This document shows, in pieces, positions 8,963-20,300 of a DNA stretch of 64,000 nucleotides. The position numbers and the translations under genes were made by a program. The stretch covers positions 1 through 64,000 of the forward strand of contig CAVTHK010000011.1 in NCBI GenBank assembly GCA_963734495.1, in the 5' to 3' direction. The stretch's first letter is position 1, and each line of letters opens with the position of its first letter. Below the pieces are notes generated by a model. That model was not told the DNA's origin, did not search any database, and saw only the letters and a program-made list of their open reading frames with translations. This DNA is from an uncultured Spirochaetota bacterium. Lineage in GTDB: Bacteria > Spirochaetota > Spirochaetia > SZUA-6 > CAVTHK01.

Positions 8963-9673
8963 GTGATCGAGGTGCGGGTGCAGGATCGGGTGTTCGCGGA
9001 ATTCCCGGCCTTCCGGCGGGGGATCGTCTTCGCCTCGGGCATGGACAACCGCGGCGGCTCCGCGGAGCTGGAGGCGCTGCTCGCCCGCGCTCTCGAGGCG
9101 AGGGCCGCGGCGCCCGTGGACCTCGCCGCAGACCCGCGCGTGCTCGCCTGGACCGAGGCCCACCGGAAGTTCGGGTCCAACCCCAACAAGTTCCCGCCCG
9201 CCCACATCGCGCTTCTGAAGCGGGTGCAGAAGGGCGGCGCGCGGATCCCCTTTATCAACAAGGTCGTGGCCGTGATGAACATCTGCTCGCTGGACGCGGT
9301 CGCGCCGGTGGGCGGGGACGACGCCGCGGGCGGCGCGCTCGAGCTGCGACACGCCGACGGCAGCGAGAGCTTCACGCCGCTGGGCGAGCCGGAGACGGTC
9401 GAGCACCCCTTTGACGGCGAGGTGATCTACGTCGTAGCGGGGACCGCGGAGGTGATGTGCCGCCGCTGGAACTGGCGCAACGGGCACAAGACCCGCATCA
9501 CCGAGGAGACCCGCTCGATCATCATGAACATTGACGGTATGGGCGAAGGCCGCGAGGCGGAGACCGTCGTGACCCGCGACCGCGTGGCCGAGCTGCTCGT
9601 CCGGTTCTGCGGGGCGGCGGTCAGCACCGGGCTGCTTTCGCCGTCGCAGCCGTCGCTGCGCTTCGAGCTGTAG
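8963..9673 (+). CDS. Stand-alone B3/4 domain protein (PheRS editing-domain-like)
   Basis: WTEAHRKFGSNPNKFPP, ALLKRV, PFINKVV, CRRWNWR. Confidence 0.85.
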   Translation: MIEVRVQDRVFAEFPAFRRGIVFASGMDNRGGSAELEALLARALEARAAAPVDLAADPRVLAWTEAHRKFGSNPNKFPPAHIALLKRVQKGGARIPFINKVVAVMNICSLDAVAPVGGDDAAGGALELRHADGSESFTPLGEPETVEHPFDGEVIYVVAGTAEVMCRRWNWRNGHKTRITEETRSIIMNIDGMGEGREAETVVTRDRVAELLVRFCGAAVSTGLLSPSQPSLRFEL

Positions 9674-9731
9674 GGCGCGCGGGCCACGCCGGCGGCGCCG
9701 GCCGCGCCGCGACGAGCATCAGGAGGGACGG

Positions 9732-11783
9732 ATGCGAGCCGAGCTGCGGTATCGACAGATTCACCTGGACTTCCACACTTCCGAGCACATCCCCGAGGTG
9801 GGCGCGGCCTTCGACGCGGACCAGTTCGTCGGCGCGCTCAAGGCGGCCCACGTCAACTGGATCAACGTGTTCGCCAAGTGCCACCACGGCTGGTCCTACT
9901 ACCCGACAAAGCTCGGGGCGCCGCACCCGAACCTGGCGCGGCCCGACCTGCTCGGCGAGATGGTGGCCGCCTGCCGCAAGGCGGACATCACGCCCGTGGT
10001 CTACGTGAGCGTCCAGTGGGACGAGCGGGTGGCGCGCCTCCACCCCGGCTGGCGCGTGATGGACGCGGCCAACGGGCCGCCGGCGGGGGACGATCCCTCG
10101 GCGTCGAACCAGCTCACGCCGCGCTGGCACACGCTGTGCCTGAGCAACCGGGAGTACGTCGACTACGTGATCGGCCAGGCCCTCGAGGTGATCGACCTCT
10201 ACCACCCCGACGGACTCTGGATGGACATCCTCGGCCTGCGCGAGTGCGTCTGCCCCAACTGCCTCGCGGCCATGCAGAAGGCCGGGCTCGACCCGGGCAG
10301 CCGCCGCGACCGTCTCGCCCACCACCGCTCCCTGATCATGGACTACTACCGCCGCTGCCACTCCGCGGTCATGGCGAAGGACCCCGGCATCCGGCTCTTC
10401 CACAACAGCGGCCACGTCCCCAAGGGCGAGCGCGACCGCCTTGCGTACTTTACCCACCTCGAGCTCGAGTCGCTTCCGACCGGCGGATGGGGCTACGACC
10501 ACTTCCCGATCTCCGCCCGCTACGTCGCCACGCTCGGTCTCGAGTACCTCGGCATGACGGGCAAGTTCCACACCACGTGGGGCGAGTTCGGCGGCTACAA
10601 GAAGCCCGTCGCGCTGGAATACGAGTGCTGCCTGATGGCTGCGATGGGCGCCCGCTGCAACGTGGGCGACCAGCTCCATCCCAGCGGCCGCATCGACGAG
10701 GCGACCTACCGCAGCATCGCCCCCGCGTTCGCCCGCATCGAGGCGATCGAGGAGTACCTGCCCGGCTCGCAGCCGGTCTCGGAGGTCGCGATCGTCTCCG
10801 CCGAAGCGAGCGAGTTCGCCTCGGGGCAGGCCGAGGCCGGCTTCTCCGCCCGGGGCAACCACCACGACGACGGCGCGGCCCGCATGCTGCTCGAGCTCCA
10901 GGTCATGTTCGACGTCGTGGACTGGCAGGCGGACCTCGAGCGCTACAAGCTGCTCGTGCTCCCGGACACCGTGACGCTCGACGGCGCCCGCGCGGCGCGC
11001 CTCGAGCGCTTCGTCGCAGGCGGCGGCGCTCTCATCCTGACCGGCGCCTCCGGCATGAGCGGCGACCGCAAGCGCTACCTCCTCGACGCAGGGGCGGAGT
11101 ACGCGGGCGCGATGGGGGAGCATCAGCCCGACTACATCATGGCGAAGCCGGACCTCGACGGCGAGCTGCCGGATTCGCCCTTCGTGGTCTACGAGCGGCC
11201 GTACGCGATCCGGGCGCGCGCCGGGTCGGCTGAGGTGCTGGCGGAGTCGCGCGCGCCCTTCTTCAACAGAACCTGGGACCATTTCTGCTCCCACCAGCAC
11301 ACGCCCTACAGGCTCGAGCGCAACGCCGCTCTCGACGCCGTGATCCAGAAGGGCAGCGTGATCACGTTCGCCCACCCGGTCTTTCTCGCGTACTACAAGA
11401 GCGGGCAGCCGCTGCTCAAGTACCTGGTGCGCGGCGCGCTGGAGCGGCTGCTGCCCGAGCGACAGGTGCGCGTGGAGCTGCCTTCGAGCGGCCGGATGAG
11501 CTTCATGGAGCAGCCGCAGGCGAAGCGACGGCTGTTGCACCTGCTGTACGCGCAGACGCAGCCGCGCGGCGAGGAGAGCCCGCGCACGGGTCAGCGCTTC
11601 GAGATCATCGAGGACGTCGTGCCCGTCTCCGGCGTGCGCTGCTCGGTTCGCCTGCCGGCAAAACCGAAGCGCGTGTACCTCGGCGCGAGCCGGGCGCCCG
11701 TGCCCTTCGCCTACAAGGACGGCCGGCTCGAGCTCACGGTGGAGCGGCTGTACGTGCACGAAGTCGTGGTGATCGACGAATAA
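9732..11783 (+). CDS. GHL6/GH151-like alpha-L-fucosidase with beta-galactosidase trimerisation-like domain
   Basis: RQIHLDFHTSE, VFAKCHHGWSYYPT, ELESLPTGGWGY, GMTGKFHTTWGEFGG, VGDQLHPSG. Confidence 0.8.
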   Translation: MRAELRYRQIHLDFHTSEHIPEVGAAFDADQFVGALKAAHVNWINVFAKCHHGWSYYPTKLGAPHPNLARPDLLGEMVAACRKADITPVVYVSVQWDERVARLHPGWRVMDAANGPPAGDDPSASNQLTPRWHTLCLSNREYVDYVIGQALEVIDLYHPDGLWMDILGLRECVCPNCLAAMQKAGLDPGSRRDRLAHHRSLIMDYYRRCHSAVMAKDPGIRLFHNSGHVPKGERDRLAYFTHLELESLPTGGWGYDHFPISARYVATLGLEYLGMTGKFHTTWGEFGGYKKPVALEYECCLMAAMGARCNVGDQLHPSGRIDEATYRSIAPAFARIEAIEEYLPGSQPVSEVAIVSAEASEFASGQAEAGFSARGNHHDDGAARMLLELQVMFDVVDWQADLERYKLLVLPDTVTLDGARAARLERFVAGGGALILTGASGMSGDRKRYLLDAGAEYAGAMGEHQPDYIMAKPDLDGELPDSPFVVYERPYAIRARAGSAEVLAESRAPFFNRTWDHFCSHQHTPYRLERNAALDAVIQKGSVITFAHPVFLAYYKSGQPLLKYLVRGALERLLPERQVRVELPSSGRMSFMEQPQAKRRLLHLLYAQTQPRGEESPRTGQRFEIIEDVVPVSGVRCSVRLPAKPKRVYLGASRAPVPFAYKDGRLELTVERLYVHEVVVIDE

Positions 11784-11858
11784 TAGTAGAAGAAGAAGGC
11801 CGCGGCCGGGCGTCGGCCCGCAGCCCGGCGGTTTGAAGACCGCGTGAGGAGATCGTCC

Positions 11859-12710
11859 ATGAAGTTCAGCGTGACCAGCGTCATCCTGCCGGATCTCGAC
11901 GTGATCGACACCTGCCGGCTGCTGCAGAGGCTCGGATTCGAAGGGCGTCGAGTGGCGCGTGCGCCATACGCCCGCCGACGCGAAGGGCTACAGCATGTGG
12001 GGCGCGCACAAGACCGACCTGTCGCCCGACAACATCGCGAGGCGCGCGAAGGAGGTGCGCCGCATCACCGAGGACCACGGCCTCGCGATGCCCATCATCG
12101 CCTCCAACGTGCGGGCGGACGAGCTGGAGACCGATGCGCAAGCTGGCCGAGGGCGCCGCGATCCTCGGCAACGTGCCGGTGCGCGTCGGCGCGCCCCGCG
12201 GCTACGACCGCAGCCGGCCCTACGCGCAGCTCTACGACGAGGCGGTCGACGCCTACGGCAAGGCGCTCGAGGTGCTCAAGGCCGCCGGCCAGACCGCGAT
12301 CATCGAGATCCACGGCGGCACCATCATGGTGAGCGCTTCGCTCGCGCACCGCATCGTGTCGCGCTTCGCCCCGGCGGACATCGGCGTGATCTACGACGCC
12401 AACAACATGGCCAAGGACGGCTTCGAGACCTTCAGGATCGGGATGGAGCTGCTGGGCCCCTACCTCAAGCACTGCCACGCCGGCGGCTGGCGCCCCGTGG
12501 CGGGCGACCGGAAGCCGGACGGGACGCTCCCTTGGAAGTACGAAGGCTGCGACCTCTCGGACAGCATCCTCGACATCCCTCAGTTCATGGCTGACCTCCA
12601 GGCCGTCGGGTACAACGGCTTCGTTTCCATCGAAGACTTCCGCGCCATGGACTACGAGCGCAAGCTCGCGCCGCAGCTCGCCTACCTCAAGCGGCCTGGC
12701 CGGGCGGTAG
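11859..12710 (+). CDS. Sugar-phosphate isomerase/epimerase, TIM barrel (frameshifted)
   Basis: MKFSVTSVILPD...GFEGVEWR, IEIHGGT, IYDANN, HCHAGG, GYNGFVSIEDF; indels near 11942, 12133 and 12692. Confidence 0.8.
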
Positions 12711-12715
12711 GTGCG

Positions 12716-13549
12716 ATGGCCGCGGGACGGATTCCGGACTACTTCGATCTCGAGCGCTACGGCATCGGCGCGGCCGAGGTTGTGCGTCAGACGCTCGGCT
12801 GCGACCTCGAGCGGATACGGCGGCTGGTCGTGCTTGCCCCGACGTGGTCTCCTGGCGTGCTGGCGGATCACGTCGACCGCTGCGAATCCGTCTGCGACGG
12901 GTTCGTCAAGGTGGACGACGTCACGAGCGGCGGCCTCTCGTTCTCCTACATCCGCAGCGGCGTAGGCGCGTCCCAGGCCGGCGACGCGGCTCTGGCGCTC
13001 GGCTGCACCGCCTGCTCGCACATCCTGTTCATCGGGTCGGTCGGCGGGCTGAGCGAGAAGGAGCAGGTGGGCGACGTGATCGTGCCGACGCACAGCATCA
13101 CGGGCGACGGCTTCTCGGGCTACCTCGCGCAGTCCTCGGCCGGCCCCGCGCCGCCGCCCGAGCCCGAGGCGAGGCCCGACGCCGACTTCCAGGGGCTGGT
13201 GAACCGGAAGGCGCGCGAAGCCTGCGGGGCGGCCGGCGTCGCGATCCACTCCGGCCCCGTCTACTCGATCGACACCATCGTGGCGCAGTTCCAGCACCTG
13301 CCGTGGATGATCGATCGGTTCGGGTGCATCGGGATCGAGATGGAAACCGCGGCCGTGTTCCGCGCCGCCCGCTTCGTGGGGATACGGGCGGCCGCGCTCC
13401 TCCAGTTTTCCGACGTCATTCCGATGCGCAAATCGCTTTTCTCGGGGCGGACGCAGGCGGAGCGCAACCGCTACCGCGAGATCCGCAAGGCGGTCCTCGG
13501 CAGGGCCGTCGTGGCTGCGCTGCAGGACGCGGCCGCTTCCGCAGGGTAG
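12716..13549 (+). CDS. Nucleoside phosphorylase family (PNP/UDP)
   Basis: RSGVGAS, FIGSVGGL, GIEMETAAVF, FSD; appears fused to the upstream gene only because of an indel. Confidence 0.82.
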   Translation: MAAGRIPDYFDLERYGIGAAEVVRQTLGCDLERIRRLVVLAPTWSPGVLADHVDRCESVCDGFVKVDDVTSGGLSFSYIRSGVGASQAGDAALALGCTACSHILFIGSVGGLSEKEQVGDVIVPTHSITGDGFSGYLAQSSAGPAPPPEPEARPDADFQGLVNRKAREACGAAGVAIHSGPVYSIDTIVAQFQHLPWMIDRFGCIGIEMETAAVFRAARFVGIRAAALLQFSDVIPMRKSLFSGRTQAERNRYREIRKAVLGRAVVAALQDAAASAG

Positions 13550-13555
13550 GCCGGC

Positions 13556-14365
13556 ATGGGCACACACGAGCGTCAGACGCCGGAGGATCTCGCGCGCTCA
13601 TTCGACGCGGGCGCGGCCGAGTATCGGAGCGTGACCTCCACTCTCGGAAACCACGTCTACGAGCACGTCTCACGGGAGAACCTGCGCCTGTGCCTCACGG
13701 GTCGGAGGTTCTCTCGCGCGCTGGACGCGGGGGGAGGGGTCGGGCAGTGGATCCCGTTCCTCTGCGAATACGCGGACCGGGTCGAGCTGCTGGATATCAG
13801 CGGGGAAAGCGTGAGGCTCGCGCAGCAGGAACTCGGCGCGCGCTGTCCGCAGGTGCGCTTCGCCTGCGGCGACCTCGAGCACACCGCGTTCGAGAGCGGC
13901 GCGTTCGACTTCGTGCTGGCACAGGGCTGCGTGATCTCGTATACCCCCCATCCCGAGGCGCTGTTGTTGGAGCTCCGGCGCGTCCTGCGGCCCGGTGGTC
14001 TCCTGTGGCTGGACGCCCTCAACAGCGTCGGCTGGGCGCTGGAGTCTCCCAACCGGGAGAGGAAGCTCCAGTTCGCGGCCGTCGAGAAGGACCTCGTGTT
14101 CCGCATGCCCGACTGGGACTACCCGGCCCGGATGTTCCGGCCCTCCTACCTGCGGGAGCTGATCGAAGGCGCGGATTTCCGCGTCGCCGCGGAGTACGGC
14201 TCGGTCATCCTCGTCAACTCGTTTCCGTTTGCGGAGAAGTTCGCGCCGGCGTTCGATGCCGGCATGGCGCGGACTCTGTGCGAGCAGGAGGTCCGGCTCA
14301 GCAGGGACGAGCGCTGCCGCGGGGCCGGGAAGAACGTCTCCGTGCTGGCCGTGGCCGGCCGCTGA
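13556..14365 (+). CDS. Class I SAM-dependent methyltransferase
   Basis: ALDAGGGVG, LLDIS, GDLE, FDFV, RVLRPGG. Confidence 0.9.
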   Translation: MGTHERQTPEDLARSFDAGAAEYRSVTSTLGNHVYEHVSRENLRLCLTGRRFSRALDAGGGVGQWIPFLCEYADRVELLDISGESVRLAQQELGARCPQVRFACGDLEHTAFESGAFDFVLAQGCVISYTPHPEALLLELRRVLRPGGLLWLDALNSVGWALESPNRERKLQFAAVEKDLVFRMPDWDYPARMFRPSYLRELIEGADFRVAAEYGSVILVNSFPFAEKFAPAFDAGMARTLCEQEVRLSRDERCRGAGKNVSVLAVAGR

Positions 14366-14488
14366 AAGCCTTGAATCTGCAGTTCCGCGGCCGCGCCGCC
14401 GGTCGTTGCGCTTCCCATTTGTCTGCGTCGGGAACTCGTCCTTCCGGTCGCGGTCAGGGTCGTGTATGATTCGGTGAAGAGGGTGTCG

Positions 14489-15559
14489 ATGGCTGCCGAA
14501 ACCGGTGCGCTGGGCCCGACGATCATCGGGGGGTACCAGTCGCTGCACCTGGAGGTCGTCCGGCTCAAGTACGTGCTCCTCAAGGTGGCGGAAAGCTACA
14601 AGCTGCCGGGGGAAAAGAAGATCGCGTTCCGTGACCGTGTGATCAGCGCCGGCAACGAGCTCGGCGCTCACTTCCAGGGGCTGGCCGACAGGAAGCTCAC
14701 CAGGTACAACATCGACGAGTTCGCCGAGTCGGAGGGCGCTTACGTCAAGGCGCTCTCGGCCGATCTTCGAAAGCTCCAGGCTTCCGGGCTGAAGCTTCTG
14801 CATGCGAAGGTGAATCTCAAGCGCACGCTGATCCGCGAGACGGACGTGGATGGGCAGCTGCTGGCAAGTCGCATTTTCGACCAGGAGACGATCGGCCGCG
14901 ACAAGCTCGAACGACTCAACGCGGCGCGGCGCTTGCTTCCCGAGACGGACGAAAAGAAACCCGCGGGGCCGTCTGTGGTGGACCAGGAGCTCAAGCAGCT
15001 CAAGCTGCGCAGCTATGTGGAAGGCCTGGCCGGCTGGAGTGCGGTGAACCCCGACATCCTCTTCAAGGTGCGCAGCAGGCTCGAAGCGGCGCTGACCGCC
15101 AGGGTGCCGGCGTTCGTCACGATGGAGAGGCTGCAGAGGGGCGACCTGCCGAATCGGGGCGACCTCTACGCCTGCATAACGGACGACGGCTCCTGCGGGC
15201 TGCACTACTGCGAGGCTGCCGTCTGCATGCACCTGGTCGTGGAGCCCTTGCAGACCAAGGGCGACTCGACCTGGTTTCTCGGACGGATCTCGGGCTGGGC
15301 CGAAGCAGGCGCCAGCAGAACGGAGTTCTCCGCTGCACATCCGAGGAGCGGGTCGCGAGTGACCGGAGGCGAAGCCGGGGCGTTGGCCAGGCAGCTCCTC
15401 GAGACCACGGGGACCCGCGCGATCTACGAAGCCGTAGCCTCCCGGCACCGCGAGTGGAAGCGGCGGGACATCGAGAGTGTCGAGCGCGAGGTCAAGAGCG
15501 CCAAGGAGAAGGTCATCAAGGCGCTTGATGCGCTGGAGCAGCCGCCGACTCGCGGGTGA
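14489..15559 (+). CDS. Hypothetical protein (~356 aa, helical/charged)
   Basis: Long ORF with coding-like codon usage. Start chosen at ATG 14489, after GAGGG and downstream of a TATGAT -10-like box at 14465. Confidence 0.7.
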   Translation: MAAETGALGPTIIGGYQSLHLEVVRLKYVLLKVAESYKLPGEKKIAFRDRVISAGNELGAHFQGLADRKLTRYNIDEFAESEGAYVKALSADLRKLQASGLKLLHAKVNLKRTLIRETDVDGQLLASRIFDQETIGRDKLERLNAARRLLPETDEKKPAGPSVVDQELKQLKLRSYVEGLAGWSAVNPDILFKVRSRLEAALTARVPAFVTMERLQRGDLPNRGDLYACITDDGSCGLHYCEAAVCMHLVVEPLQTKGDSTWFLGRISGWAEAGASRTEFSAAHPRSGSRVTGGEAGALARQLLETTGTRAIYEAVASRHREWKRRDIESVEREVKSAKEKVIKALDALEQPPTRG

Positions 15560-15668
15560 TCAGCTCCGTGCGCCGACGAGCGGGCGGCGCTCTTCGGCGG
15601 GACGCCGGAGGAGCTGATCGCTGTGAACCGGCAGCGCGCGCCGGCGGGCGCTCCGAAAGGCGGGATGC

Positions 15669-16367
15669 ATGGTCGTGACACGAGAGCGGGCGCGCTATCT
15701 GTCGATCTGCGCGGCGGTGGTGATCGGCGGGATCGTGCTCTCGGGGCCTGTGGCGGTCGCAATCGTCACGATCGCCGCGCCGCAGCCGGCCTGGCAGAGC
15801 GCAGCCGTCTTCGTCGAGCGCTATTCGCCTCTCCAGACCCTGCCCTACGTGTTCGGCTTTTTCATCGCGGGCGGATTCATCGCCTTCATGGCTGGGCTCG
15901 CCGGCACCGGAACGCCCGAGCAGCGGCCGCTCGAGCTGGCGGCGCTCGCGTTCGCCGGCGTTGCCGCTTCGCTGATCTTCTTCAACTATGTTCTCCAGAC
16001 CGCGTTCGTGCCGCAGTCCCTGGACGCGGGCGAGGCGATCCTCTCCATGGCGACCATGGCCAATCCCCGCTCCCTCGGGTGGTCGCTGGAGATGTACGGC
16101 TACGGAATCCTGGGCGTGGCGACCGCCTTTGCCGCGCCCCTTTTCTCGCGCCGGGGCCGGCAGGGAGCGATCCGGCTCTTCATGATTGCGAACTGCGTCG
16201 TGAGCGTCGCGGGCGCGGTGCTCGTGCCGATCATACCGGGCTGGGTCCTCACGCTGCCGGGCATGATCGCGGGAGCCGCCTGGAACGGGCTGGTGGCGGC
16301 CGCGATGGTGGTCGTGCTGCTGGAGCTCAGGTTCGGCCGCGGCACGCGGGGCGGGAGGGCTGCATGA
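15669..16367 (+). CDS. Integral membrane protein of unknown function
   Basis: About 6 hydrophobic segments; ATGA overlap with the next gene. Confidence 0.75.
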   Translation: MVVTRERARYLSICAAVVIGGIVLSGPVAVAIVTIAAPQPAWQSAAVFVERYSPLQTLPYVFGFFIAGGFIAFMAGLAGTGTPEQRPLELAALAFAGVAASLIFFNYVLQTAFVPQSLDAGEAILSMATMANPRSLGWSLEMYGYGILGVATAFAAPLFSRRGRQGAIRLFMIANCVVSVAGAVLVPIIPGWVLTLPGMIAGAAWNGLVAAAMVVVLLELRFGRGTRGGRAA

Positions 16368-17389
16368 CAGGGCGCGAGAGGCTCGAGCGCGCGATGCGGG
16401 GCGAGGCCACGGACTCGCTGCCGCTGATCCCGATCTCGATGATGGCGGCCGCGGACCTGATCGGCGAGCCTTACAAGCACTACATCCTCGACCCCGCCGT
16501 CCACGCGCGCGGCCAGGCCGCCTTTGCCGAGCGCTACGATATCGACCACGTGTCCGTGATCAGCTGCCCCACCACGGAGGCCGCGGATCTCGGCGCCGAG
16601 ATCATCTACTACGACAACCAGCCGCCCGCGATCGACGAATCCCGCGCTCTTCTCGCGGACAAGTCGCGCCTCCGCGGCCTGAAGGTCCCCGACCCGGGCG
16701 CGGGGCGGCGGATGGCGAAGCGCCTGGAGACCGTGCGCAGGCTGAAGGGTGCGGTCGGCAGCGAGAAGCTCGTCGAAGGCTGGATCGAAGGTCCCCTCGC
16801 GCAGAGCTGCGACCTCCGCGGCATCAACACGGTGATGCTCGACTTCTATGATGACCCGGTCTTCGTCCGCGACCTGATCGCTTTCGTCTTCGAGCTCGAG
16901 ATGACCTTTGCGCGCGCGCAGGTCGAGGCGGGAGCGGACATCATCGGAGTCGGCGACGCGGCCGCATCCCTGGTGGGCCCGGCGATCTACCGCGACTTCG
17001 TGTGGGAATACGAGAAGAAGTACGTCGCGTCGCTGCACGCGATGGGCGTTCCGGTGCGCCTGCACATCTGCGGCAACATCAACGCTCTCCTCGCCATGGT
17101 CGGCGAGGTGAAGGCCGACATCCTTGACCTCGACTGGATGGTGCCGGTGCGCGACGCGAGGCGGGACACCGGCGCGAAGCAGCTCCTGTCGGGCAACATC
17201 GATCCGGTGGCGGTGCTGTACCAGGGCGAGCCCGCCGACGTCACGAGGGGGCTCGAGGAGTGCTTCGCGCAGGCGGGCCGTCACCGTTACGCGTCGTGCG
17301 CCGGATGCGAGATCCCGCGGGGCACGCCGCCCGCAAACCTGGACGCGATGCGAGCCTTTGCCCGCTCGCACCGGGCGGAGCCCGCCTGA
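16364..17389 (+). CDS. Uroporphyrinogen decarboxylase family (MtaA/CmuA-like methyltransferase)
   Basis: MTGRERL, EAADLGA, AQVEAGADII, LHICGN, GNIDP, GCEIPRGTP. Confidence 0.88.
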   Translation: MTGRERLERAMRGEATDSLPLIPISMMAAADLIGEPYKHYILDPAVHARGQAAFAERYDIDHVSVISCPTTEAADLGAEIIYYDNQPPAIDESRALLADKSRLRGLKVPDPGAGRRMAKRLETVRRLKGAVGSEKLVEGWIEGPLAQSCDLRGINTVMLDFYDDPVFVRDLIAFVFELEMTFARAQVEAGADIIGVGDAAASLVGPAIYRDFVWEYEKKYVASLHAMGVPVRLHICGNINALLAMVGEVKADILDLDWMVPVRDARRDTGAKQLLSGNIDPVAVLYQGEPADVTRGLEECFAQAGRHRYASCAGCEIPRGTPPANLDAMRAFARSHRAEPA

Positions 17390-17393
17390 GACG

Positions 17394-20300
17394 TTACCGC
17401 TCGACGCGGATCACCCGGTAGGGGATCGACGCCACGGGGTCGGGCCGCGGCGCGAGCGCGCCGGAGCCGGCCTCGTCGACCGCCTCGATCCAGTACATGA
17501 GGTCCCAGTCGGTCACGACGTAGTCGCCGGGGATCTCCGCGGCCCACGCGTCGCCTTCGCGCTCCATCTCGACGACGCGGTACTCGTAGTACTGGTTGGT
17601 GTAGCGGTAGTGCAGGCGCACGGCGCGCAGGGGCAGGGCGGCCGCGACCCCGGCGCGGACGGCGATCGTCTCGCCGGGACAGGCGCGCGTGACTGGCTTG
17701 TGCGCGATCGCCGGGGGCGCCGCTCGGGCGGGGTCGACGGCGAGCAGGGGCAGGCTGGCGCGCGGCGTCGGGCAGCCGCGAAGCGCGGCCCGACGCCGAG
17801 GTCGCCTCGATCCAGTAGGAGACGCGGCTGCCCGCAGCGAGCAGCTCGCCCGGGACCTCAGCCTCGAAGACGGCGTGCCCCGCCCCGGGATGCATCTCGA
17901 TCGGCCGCGCCGCGCCCCCGTCGGGCCGCACCAGCAGCCGCGACGCTCCGCACCGGCTCGGGGCAGGCGACGCTGCAGGCGATGCGCAGCGGGCGCCCGG
18001 CTTCGGCCGCCCAAACCGGCACGTGCGCGATCGCCGGCGCCAGCGGCCGCACGACGAGGGCGCTCACGAACCAGTCGCCGCCGACTCTCGCGGCTCGAAG
18101 GCCGACTTCGAGCACGGCGCGCCCGAGGTCGAAGAAGCCCGCGGATCTCCCGCTCGTCGCCGGCCTCGATCGTCACGCCCCGCGCGACGACGTCACCGTT
18201 GACCTTGAGGGTGAAGGGCCCGTGCCGCCTCGGGCTGCCGCTCCTGTCGGCGAACAGGACGATCACTTCGTAGCGGCCGGCGGGCAGCGAGCAGTGGAAG
18301 GCAGCGGGCGACCGACCCGCCACGTAGTCGGTCGTGAGCTGGTTGCGATAGGGCTGCGAGCCTCTCCCAGCCCGGCCGCTCCATCGAGTCGCGGAACACC
18401 GTGTCCGTGTGCCAGTCGCAGAAGCGGACCAGGGGCGCCGCCACCGACTCGATCTCGCCGTCGCACTCCCACCCGTAGGCGCGGCCCCCTCCCCAGCGGG
18501 CGGAGCCGTCGACGCCGACGAAGCCCTTCTCCACGTGGTAGTCGTACATCGAGCGGATGCGCGAGTAGCTCGGGCCCGGCTCGGGCCGGCCGCCGAAGTC
18601 GAAGGCGCGCACGTGCCCGCCGTAGCGCCTGTCGATCTCCGGCGATCACGGCCAGGCGCTGCTCGTCCTCGCGCACGAGGCCGAGCTTGTCCTTCCAGTG
18701 GCCGCTGTCGATGGGACCGGTGACCTGCCGTTCCGTGTAGACGCCGCTCGTCACCGCGGCCAGCCGCTCCCAGTGCGGCCGGGCCCGCGGGAGCTGCGCG
18801 AGCGCCCTCGCGAGCGCCGACGCGTCGCCGCTCGCGTAGTAGAGAGCCAGCTCCTCGGCCGCGGGGATCTTTTCCGCGTGGAAGAGCGCGAGCTCGCCGA
18901 GCGCCTCGATGTCGACGAGCGTCGAGGCGAGCTCCTTGCTCGCGCCCGCCAGCGGCGCGAGCGCCCGCGCCGCGGCGACGCACTCCTCGCCGAGCCCGCG
19001 CAGGTAAGCGGCGGCGGCTGCGGGAGCCATGCGGGCCGTGAAATCTGCCCGACATGCGCTCCGCGGCTGATTCGGCGAAGCTCTTGATGACCGCCGGATC
19101 GCTCGGCGGCACGGAGATGTAGAAGTCGAGCAGCCCTCCCGTGTCCGCCTCGGGCCAGATGTACATGTTGGGGTCGCTCATGTTGAAGCGGATGATGAAG
19201 CTCACGACCCGCGACGCCGCGCGGAGCGCCACCATCACCGCCGGCGCCTGCTGCGCCGAAGCGAGCGCGCATCCGGCGCATCCACACCTCTTCCGCTGCC
19301 TCGCTGTTGTACGTCAGGCGGCCGAAGAGCAGGTGGTACATCCAGTAGCGCTCCCACTCCCAGCGGTAGTACTCGTGCTGAGGCGTGAGGATGCGCCACG
19401 CGCCCGGCTCGTTGCCGTAGCCCTTCTGCGCGAGCTGCGGGCAGATCTCGAAGCCGATGCCGTCGCCGAGGGCGAGGCTGCGGCAGAACGTGCGCGCGTA
19501 CTCCGGGTCGCCCCACACGAAGTGGCGGTGCGAGCCCAGCGCCCACACCTGGTAGGAGATGCGGCACCTCTGCGGATAGCGCAGGAAGTCGGCATAGCTG
19601 TAGGCCGGGTTCTGCATGCGCGGCCTGGTAGGGAGCGCCGAGGTGCTCGGCCCAGTACTTCATCGAAAGGCGCATGGGGATGCCCATGCCCTTGGCGGCC
19701 TCGATCGTCTGAGGATGCGCGATCCAGCCGCGAAGATCGAGGAGCACGGGGCGCCCGGCCTCGCGGATCGCGCGGAAGATGGTGTTCGTGAAGAAGACGG
19801 TCTGCTTTTCCGGCGGCACGCCGGACTCGGCGTTGACGCGGAGCTGGATCCCCTTGATGCCCGGGCACCCGGCGAGCAGCCGCCGCGTCGCGTGGTAGGT
19901 GTAGCTCTCGAGGTTGCCCCAGTCGAGCCCCGCCACCATGCTCTTCTGCGTGTGGGTCCCGTGCTTCGTCTCGCGCTTCCACGCGATGACTTCCCAGATG
20001 CCGACGACGAAATCGAGGCCCCGCGCGCCCGCGAGATCGGCGATCATGTTGAGCGCGTCGAGGTTGCGTGACCGCTCGCCCGCGCTCAGGCCGGGCACCG
20101 TGACCTCGGGGTGCTCGGGGACATCGACGAAGAAAGGGAAGGGCGGAGCCAGGTAGCTGGTCTGGTGGGCCATGACGATGCTGAAGCTGTTGTATCGGCT
20201 CGCCGCAAGCAGGTCGAAGTAGCGTTCCCAGTGCTCGCGCGAGGTGAACCAGTCGCGCTCGCAGTCGGCGTTGTGGAGAAAGATGTAGAGCCCGCGGAAC

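Noticed and set aside
12134..13549. Apparent isomerase-nucleoside phosphorylase fusion
   Set aside because: A TAG at 12708-12710 in the adjacent frame followed by ATG 12716 indicates two genes joined by an indel.
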